Positions 1-7,909 of a DNA stretch of 13,113 nucleotides are shown one piece after another. A program made the position numbers and the translations under genes. Position 1 is the stretch's first letter. The number at the start of each line of letters is the position of its first letter. The DNA comes from Azolla caroliniana. Lineage: Eukaryota > Plantae > Polypodiophyta. Where the stretch lies: NCBI GenBank assembly GCA_043228905.1, contig JBHGNT010000995.1, positions 1-13,113 on the forward strand, given 5' to 3'. The notes beneath the pieces were generated by a model that saw nothing but the letters and a program-made list of their open reading frames with translations, ran no database searches and was not told where the DNA came from.

Positions 1-48
1 ATGCTTATTATATACCTTAGATTCTAATTTTTTCTTTACTTTCATCAG

Positions 49-2145
49 TTGCGTAGTCCAAGGGAAGTGACCAAGGAGGAATACCATGCATTTTACAAGA
101 AGACTTACAATGAGCATCTTGAGCCCATGGCTTACACACACTTCAATACAGAAGTACATATCTTAACCTTATATAGTGTCGATGAACTCCATGCTGGTGT
201 ACCAGAAAAATTCTAAAAGATAAGCATTAGTTAAAGTTGCCCATGCAAATGTGTCTCTTGTAGGGTGAGGTGGAGTTCAAAAGTTTAATTTATGTACCAG
301 GCATGGCTCCTTTTGCATCAGAAGAAGCAGGAAAGATGAAAAACATCAAACTTTATGTGAAAAGAGTTTTCATTTCAGATGATTTCAATGGTGAGCTGGT
401 AAGTAGTTTTGAAATGTACCAGCAATAAATAAAAACTCAAAAGAGGGCATGCTGATTGAGTATTGTAATTGTGTGCAGTTTCCACTCTACCTTAGCTTCA
501 TGAAGGGTGTTGTGGATTCCAATGATCTTCCGCTCAATGTATCACGAGAGCTCCTCCAAGAGAGCCGCATTGTATGTGACTGATTGGTCAATAGATTTTC
601 AATGTCTGGTTCTGTCTTTATGGAATTTGTCTCATGATTTTTTCATTTATGACATAGGTGAGGCTAATGAAAAAGAGGCTCGGCAAGAAATGCCTTGATT
701 TATTTGAATCTATTGCGAACCGAGAGAATTCAGAGGTAGTCTATTATAAGCCTATGAATTCTATTTTATTTTTTGCTGTGAATCATTAAAACGGGTGACT
801 CCTCCTTGACTTCAGGATTACAAGAAGTTCTATAGAAACTTCGGAAAGTATCTTAAGTTTGGTATCTCCCAAGAAGAGGGTCCCAATCAAAAACGTCTTG
901 CCAACTTACTCCGCTTCTATTCATCAAAACACCAAGAAGAGATGATAAGCTTGAGAGAATATGTGGCAAATATGAAACCAGGCCAGAAAGCGATTTATTA
1001 TTTCTCATCGGAGTCGGTTAAGAGTGCAAGAAATGCACCATTCCTAGAGCAACTGTACAATAAGGATCTTGAAGTTCTATTCATGACTGAAACCTTGGAC
1101 GAGGTGACTGCCCAACATCTCAAGTACTATGAAGGAAAGAAGTTCGTTGACGTGAGCAAGGAAACCTTTAATTTAGGTAACCTAGATCAACCTGTAAAGT
1201 GTTTCCTGTCCTACATTCCTACACATTGAATGCAAACTATTGTTGTATGTCAGGTGATGATGAAAAGCAAAAGCAATTAGCAACTGAATTCAGTTTACTT
1301 TGCAATTGGATGAAGAAAAAAATGGGAGACAAAATCTCCAAGGTGCAAGTATCAAAACGGCTGAGCTCGTCTCCATGTGTCCTTGTATCTGGCAAGGATG
1401 GTTGGTCTGCTAACATGGAAAGGTGCTTGCATTTAAACTTACTTTAGGCCTCTAGCACAGAAATCTAATGGAGGCATAAGATCACTAATCTAACTGGGCA
1501 TGTCAATGCAGGATTATGAGGGCTCAGAGTCTTGGAGATACACCAGGATTAAAAGAATTTATGTACTCTACTAGAGTGCTAGAAATCAATCCAAATCATC
1601 CAGTCATTTTAGACCTCGATGTGCGCATTAAATAATTTATTTTGCACTTAGTTTGCTTCAAATGTATATATATATATTAGGAACATTTTCTTGATGTTCA
1701 TAATAGAATCTTAAGCTGTAGAGGAATTGTTCTTCCAGGATGCACGGAAAACTGGCCGACCTGGAAGCAAGGAAACAATTGAACTCCTATATGAGACAGC
1801 TCTGATGTCTAGCGGTTTTGTTGTAAGTTTTTCATTACATCTCTGTTTGTAAACTATGGAGAGTAGAATAGGATACAATAAGAGAAAACGTATAATATAT
1901 ACACTAAAATATAAATACATATAGAATATGACTGCATGTATATATGATGTGTATGAGGTATATGCTGTTCACATGTATATAGAGAGGTCTGATGTGTGTT
2001 TCAGCCTGAAGATCCCGCTACCTTTGGGTCAAAAATATATAACCTGGTTGCCTCGACATTGGCTCGTGAACGGACAGCAACATTGCCAACACAAACTGAA
2101 GCTGAAATTTTGGAACATGTGAAACCTCAGAGTGCCACTGCATAA
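49..2145 (+). CDS. HSP90: Organellar-type heat shock protein 90 (plastid/mitochondrial HSP90-5/HSP90-6 clade); 5'-partial, middle and C-terminal domains, 424 aa visible
   Basis: Manually spliced with GT-AG sites and consistent phases. Exons: 49-153, 264-398, 479-571, 658-735, 816-1176, 1254-1422, 1512-1620, 1739-1822, 2005-2145 (TAA 2143-2145). Translation contains HSP90 motifs [50 protein letters not shown] (catalytic Arg loop), [30 protein letters not shown] and [29 protein letters not shown] and [11 protein letters not shown] are characteristic of plant organellar HSP90s. N-terminal ATPase exons lie upstream of the window. Confidence 0.95.
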
Positions 2146-3275
2146 GTCATCAAAGTATTATATCTTCTTTGGTGTGATGTTCGCATATCTCCACTACCTA
2201 TCTATTTTACTCCTAAGTGTCCTCTTGCAGCTTTTTAAGTAGTTATCCTTTCTAGTTATTGGCTTTGGAGGCTGGCTATTGCTAGTCTAGTCTTGCCTTT
2301 CTCTTGGAATGCGGTAATATGAAATTTGATAGAGACTCTTCTAGGTGTTGGCAGAATTGTTAACTTCTATAAGGTGTGTACAAATGACTATTTAATTGCG
2401 AATTATACAAGTTTTTCTCCAAATAGGTTAAGTTTTTGGTTATTAATGTATCTGAAACCAAATTTCTAGTGCATCCTGATCGTATTTTGTATTTCGTAAG
2501 TATGTGTTCGGTAGTAGATGCGTTTCTCCTGATATTTTTACTCACTGCTTAACAGTCTTCAGAAAATACAATTGGTACTTATAAAACAAATGGCCCATTT
2601 GTCAAAATATGTAAAAGAATTTTGAGAGTATAAAATGTTAAAACTTTCATCACTTTCCATTTTAGATTTTCTCAAATTTATAACTTCTCTTTTTAACTCC
2701 ACATCTATACTTCTGAGGAACTGCATGTGCTGTTGTAAAATATGATGAGATGGAATATGGGAAAATGTGTTTCATATTGTAAATTGGAATATGCGGGTAT
2801 TTGAATCTCTGAGTATATATATATATGGTTTATTGAAACCTGCTTTGATACATAGAAATGAAGTGCTGCTATATATATAATTTCTTGTTTGAAGATTCGT
2901 TTCCAAAACTACCTGGCTGCAGTTCTAGCTGCAGTTCTATAGTCTGCATAGTTAAATGTGTTGTTGGCATCTACATCTATGCAATGATTATTTTTGCAAC
3001 TAATACCCTGATCCGAGAATTCTAGTGATGATTTGTGGGTGACAAAAATGGAATTATGTCAGCGTATTCATTTTGTGAAAAAAGCAATATCAAATCATTT
3101 CGAAACAAATAGGTTGGCGAACATACAAATTTAACTCTTGTTATAACCGTTTTGTGACAGATTTGTCCACTGCATGTTCTGATTGTGAAATTCCTTTATG
3201 CGCTATTAGTTTATGATATGTAGTGGTGTTTGCATCAGAGTTATCCCATTATGTTAAGAGATTTATTTCAAACAA

Positions 3276-3450
3276 ATTTGGGTGGTTTTAATACAAGTAT
3301 TAGTGTAAAACGGATTGATATTTGAACATGCGGATTTGATAGTAGTCATTATTAATGGGAGCAATATATATGCCCACAGAATATGATTTTAGTGGTTTTG
3401 AAGTTCCAATGTTAAACTGATTGATTTGAACATGCAAATTTGACAATTGT
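3276..3450. repeat. Old ~110-bp tandem duplication
   Basis: GTGGTTTT...TGTAAAACGGATTGATATTTGAACATGCGGATTTGATA (to ~3341) versus GTGGTTTT...TGTTAAACTGATTGATTTGAACATGCAAATTTGACA (to ~3445). Confidence 0.6.
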
Positions 3451-3705
3451 GTGAGCAAGATTGACGTCACAATGATTGTAGAATCCCACGACTCAGAAGA
3501 GCAGTTTGTAGAATCCTCAAATCTTGTCATTTATTGTGCAATGACCTAACACATCAAATCTCTCAATAAGTTTTGGAACGTACATAGTGCTTGTTGTATC
3601 CTGAGGTCCATTATGTAGTTCATCCAAGTGTGTTTGTAAGCATTTTATAAGTGCTATAAGAACAATATCATATGCATATAAAATCCTCACAAACTAAACA
3701 CCTCT

Positions 3706-4015
3706 ATCCCTGTCTCAACTTACTCAAAAATCTTGTAAACTAGAGGCCAAAGTGTCAATAGGAGATTGTGATGGCATGAATATCTATGCACTTTCTTTGT
3801 AAAAGAGTGCTTCAAAAGCAACGAGGCATATCTCAATCAAACTTTCAAGTTTTATGAGTTTGGGGCAAGAGAGAAAATTACCTTTTGTTGCACTTGAATA
3901 AAACTCCTAAATTAGGACCAAGAACCCAACCAACCTAACCACTTCTTGTTTGTAAACCAAGCGAAATGGTATGCAATGCCTAGCTATCTTATGGGATGTG
4001 TAGAAAGTCCATAAT
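3706..4015 (+). mobile_element. Possible heavily decayed LINE (L1-type) ORF2 C-terminal fragment
   Basis: 3986-4015 reads ILWDV*KVHN, resembling the LINE W.(I/V)W..RN motif if TGG>TAG and CGT>CAT. About 60 codons upstream, in another frame, HEYLCTFFVKEC loosely resembles the end of zf-RVT. Confidence 0.25.
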
Positions 4016-4265
4016 GTCACGTGTAGTATTTAGCTTCAATATTACTAGATGGCTCTATTGTGTTTGTGAGGATGTTACAAAGAATTTTATTAGAACTCTT
4101 TGCATTAAGACCGTCTTAGTAGCGTGAATGTAGACACATCAATATGTATCCCAATGATGAAAGTCGAGTATCCCAATTTGGTGACCTTACAATGGCTGCT
4201 TTCGTGAAGCACTCTTGGATTAATTCAAAAGACTTTGTTTAGTTCTCTGTCCACTAACTCTTTGA

Positions 4266-4308
4266 AAGGATTTCTCAAGGATTTCTCAAGGATTTCTCAA
4301 GGATTTCT
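4266..4308. repeat. Perfect 11-bp tandem repeat (AAGGATTTCTC) x3.9
   Basis: Units at 4266, 4277, 4288 and 4299 (last one truncated by 1 nt). Confidence 0.95.
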
Positions 4309-4775
4309 AAATGGGTGCATCACGCTGCACAATGAAACTATATCTAAGTTTGGAATTTGTTTTTCTTGGGGCGTTGGCAACACCTTGTGATCCAAAAGCT
4401 TGTTTCTACTTGGAGATCTTACAAGTTGGTGGAATGTTTATTGTGTAAGACTTTCTCTTGCATATTGATATAAGGGTGGGGTGGCCACACTTTTTAATGA
4501 TGTTACATTGGCATATATGTATATTTTGGATCCTTACCTATTTGATCTTGGTGCACACAAAGTTGCAAGTGTTTTGTTGTTAGGATGTTGTTAGTTTCCT
4601 AGGTACTTGAAAAAGTACAAAACATAGTTTTAAAAGTAAAATGTCCCATTCTTTGAAGTAGGAAATTTTTAATAGATGTGTATCTTTTACTGTTTTTATC
4701 TTATTATGTTTAACCTTATCATGATGTCACTAATGGTTATATGTGAAAAGCTTATAAAAGGTTGATGTTTTGAAA

Positions 4776-4797
4776 CCCCCCCCCTCTCTCTCTCTCT
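4776..4797. repeat. C9 run plus (CT)n microsatellite
   Basis: CCCCCCCCCTCTCTCTCTCTCT read directly. Confidence 0.85.
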
Positions 4798-5280
4798 TTC
4801 ATAATTACCTCGTGACACTACTAGCACTACATCTTGGGGGGTTTGAAACCTAAATTTCTCACCTTGTTATTACTCTGTTGATATCTCTTAAACTCATCAC
4901 CTCATGGTCTCCATTGGGCAACCTTACCAATTGTGCTACATCCATTTCGGCTCAAAAATGATGGTGGGGCAAATTCTTCAAAATGAGTTCCCATATACTT
5001 AGATGGACACCATGATAGATATTGTTACAACCCGACAATTGTATGAAAGATAGTGAGGTTTTTTTGCTCACCAACCTTACGACAATTATATATTAGATAT
5101 TACCTCATTGTTACCTCTTATATCATGAATGTTGTCTTCTCACATTAAGATAATAATGACTTACCAAAAACAATCATGCCCAACCTCATATATGCCTCCA
5201 TATTGTCAATGTTGCCATCGAGTTGCACTTGTCATTGGGCCATTGTGTCCATAAGGATACTTCTATAAAAGGGCTATATA

Positions 5281-5633
5281 ATTGTTGTTACGCCACCATT
5301 GACACCACCATTGTCATTGGCACAATGCCATCAATGAGACATACTCACCAATGAAGACACCCTTAATGACATAACTGATTGAGGAAAGGGCAAAGAAAAA
5401 GTGGATTGATCAAGAGGGTGAAGAGTGAAGAGAATAGATGTTCATGAAACATCACAAAATAAAAACATGCGGCAACAATGGCAAATCATTGAGACAAGCT
5501 AAGAGTCTAGTGATGGTCAATATTTGATTGCTAATTGGAGTCCAAACTCAATTTGTGGAAAATATATCTAGGATGAGCATGAAGAGGACAATCAAAATGA
5601 GGATGAACAGTTACAAGTGAGTAAAGAGTGATA
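5281..5633 (+). pseudogene. Decayed coding remnant, probably TE-derived (GKGKEKV motif, acidic tract)
   Basis: One frame reads ...ILTNEDTLNDITD*GKGKEKVD*SRG*RVKR...YI*DEHEEDNQNEDEQLQV. The interspersed stops are compatible with C-to-T decay of CGA/CAA/CAG. Confidence 0.35.
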
Positions 5634-6215
5634 AAAGATCAATGGATGTAAAAAATTATGGATATACATAAAGGTACAACTAACATTTGTCTCTTGACTA
5701 AATGGACGATGCACTAGATGGTTTGCCAAGGCAGCCACATGAACATGCTAGTTATCACCAATTTGATTGAATTTCTCAAAAGAGTTGGAGAGCTGCCCAT
5801 GCCTTCTTCCCCTCCAACATTCCTTTCTTCCAACTTGAGTTGAATTTATTGGGATACCTTGGATGAACATCTTGCCCTTGACTTACATGTTAATTTCGCT
5901 CGTCATTCCCTCTCTATAAGGGAATTAAAGTTTAACTAAATCAACAAACTTACACTCGCAGAGCATATGTATGATTGACAACACTTCAACAAGACAAATA
6001 CTAAAGCAATCACTTTAATTACGATAGAGATGAGATACAACATTCAATTTAACATTCATCGGTATATAATGGCGATTACACTCTTGTTAAAAATATGTAA
6101 CTTGGGGTTATAGCCAAGGGCAACATGGAATCGTTATTTAACCCTCAAAAACTAAATTTTGGTCCCTTGCTAAATATCATGTGTTGGGTTTTACATTTAT
6201 ACTACTTGTAAGGTG

Positions 6216-6556
6216 TGTTGACTACCGAATGTTATGTGCCCATCACCATATGACTAAAAAGAATCTCGCTCTTTTGCTATGTTCCTCTTCCAAACTATTC
6301 AAAGCAACGTGACCGGGCTCCGGTCGACGGCTCACCAATCATCAGGTCACCAACTCCCTTAACATTGTGGCACTGAGCAAACATCAACTATAGGGTCCAC
6401 ATTCCTATTTATAGAATGTGTCCTTCCAAAAAACTATTTTCAGACCCTTCACCAGATGATGTGCAAGAGTGAAACCTCACTCTTGTATTCTCCAAAGTCT
6501 TGTAACTTAGCGTGTTGCCAATCCAAGCTCTATGTCACAACATTCCCTTATCTCCC
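6216..6556 (-). mobile_element. Probable LTR-retrotransposon 3' LTR remnant with polypurine tract
   Basis: On -, purine-rich GGGAGATAAGGGAA (6556-6543) abuts TGTTG (6542-6538). A TATA-like CTATAAATAGG lies at 6414-6404. A closing CAACA lies at 6220-6216 (alternative 6186-6182). No TSD or second LTR is visible. Confidence 0.4.
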
Positions 6557-6672
6557 ATGTTCATAATTCAATCTTATTCAGCACCTAGTCTTTTATTATT
6601 CTCTACTTTAGAACACTTTCCAAAACTCATAATTGCTTATTTTAGGTTTAGGCTTAGATAAGCTACATTGGA

Positions 6673-7263
6673 TGTGGGCATTAAACAATAATGATTAATT
6701 GAAAGGAAGAGAAAGAAACCATACAAAATACAACCATACCAAAGACAAATTAACATGCAAAGATTAAAAATGAACCAAACATTGCTCCATAAAGGATGGA
6801 GCCTTGGAATTCATGTTTATGTATGAAATAGTTATCATCAATGTTTTTGGGATTAAACAATAATGACTAATTGAAAGGAAGAGAAAGAAACGATAAAAAT
6901 ACCACCAAAAAATACAACCATAAGACAAATTAAAATGCAAAGAATAAAAATGAACCAAACATTATAAAGGATGGGGCTTTGGAATTCATGTTTAAGTGCA
7001 AAATAGTTATAGTCAATGAAAATGAACCAAACATGACCATGTTAACAGATGGAGCCGTGGAATTCATGTTTATGTATGAAATAGTTATAGTCAATGTTGT
7101 GGGTATTAAACAATAATTACTAATTGAAAGGAAGAGAATGCAACCATAAAAACACAATACAACCATACCAAATACGAATTAAAATGCAAAGAACGAAAAT
7201 GAACCCAAAAAAACACTTTAAACAATGGAGCCTTGGATTTCATGTTATGTATTTTAGTCAAAG
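6673..7263. repeat. Degenerate tandem repeat, ~172-175 bp monomer (A-B-A-B-B-A-B organisation)
   Basis: Sub-unit A, ATTAAACAATAAT...TAATTGAAAGGAAGAGAA, occurs at 6680, 6852 and 7105. Sub-unit B, AAAATGAACC...ATGG(A/G)GC..TGGA(A/T)TTCATGTT, occurs four times, with GAATTC at 6807, 6982 and 7060. Confidence 0.9.
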
Positions 7264-7909
7264 TTGTTTTTCTGTAATTTAATGATGAAACAAGTTTCAA
7301 TAAACTTATGATGAGTACGTATGATTTATTTTCGAAAGGAACAAGAGTATGAATTGAACTACAATTCTACAATGTCAGATAACTATTAAGCATGTTATCA
7401 CTTGAGTATTTCACATGAAGTAGTCAATTGTGTGAACACACCAAGGTCTAGTGCTTTTACTTATATAAGGAGGCTTAAGTTATGTTAAGACTATCAGTGT
7501 ACAGTGTATAGTGTACCATGTCACTATGGCTCTTGCTAGCTAAGCATGTACCATCCTTGCAAAACCCAATGTACGACCAACATCAACACTCAATGGTATG
7601 GGACATCAAAAGATCCAAATGTCTCGCACTGTTACTAATGGGTGGTTAGGTGATTTGTCACCAACTCTCTCTTCTTTGCTCTATAATTCCTTATATTTTC
7701 CTTAAATAGTTAGTTAAGAGACTAAGACTAACACATGTGAAAACATTTAGATACACACAATAAAGACACCATAGCACACTCAAAAACCTTAAAAAATATG
7801 TGGACCATAACCGACACATTATTTACAAACTAGTTACATTCCCTCTTCATATAAAGAACAAAATCATATCCTCTAGATATTATGTTCTTTAATAGGTCAC
7901 TTGTAAAGA

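Noticed and set aside
507-2545. Small ORFs 507-698, 1711-1920, 1928-2122 and 2360-2545
   Set aside because: Off-frame or antisense overlaps of HSP90 exons/introns, or AT-rich 3' flank with no motif.
2916-2939. 12-bp perfect tandem duplication GCTGCAGTTCTA x2 as a TE excision footprint
   Set aside because: Indistinguishable from ordinary slippage without a comparison allele.
6673-7263. CRISPR-like array (conserved cores with variable linkers)
   Set aside because: Eukaryotic context, no cas genes, degenerate cores, and linkers homologous to each other.
6764-7300. Three minus-strand ORFs of 64-78 aa
   Set aside because: Translations of the tandem repeat with biased composition and no recognisable domain.
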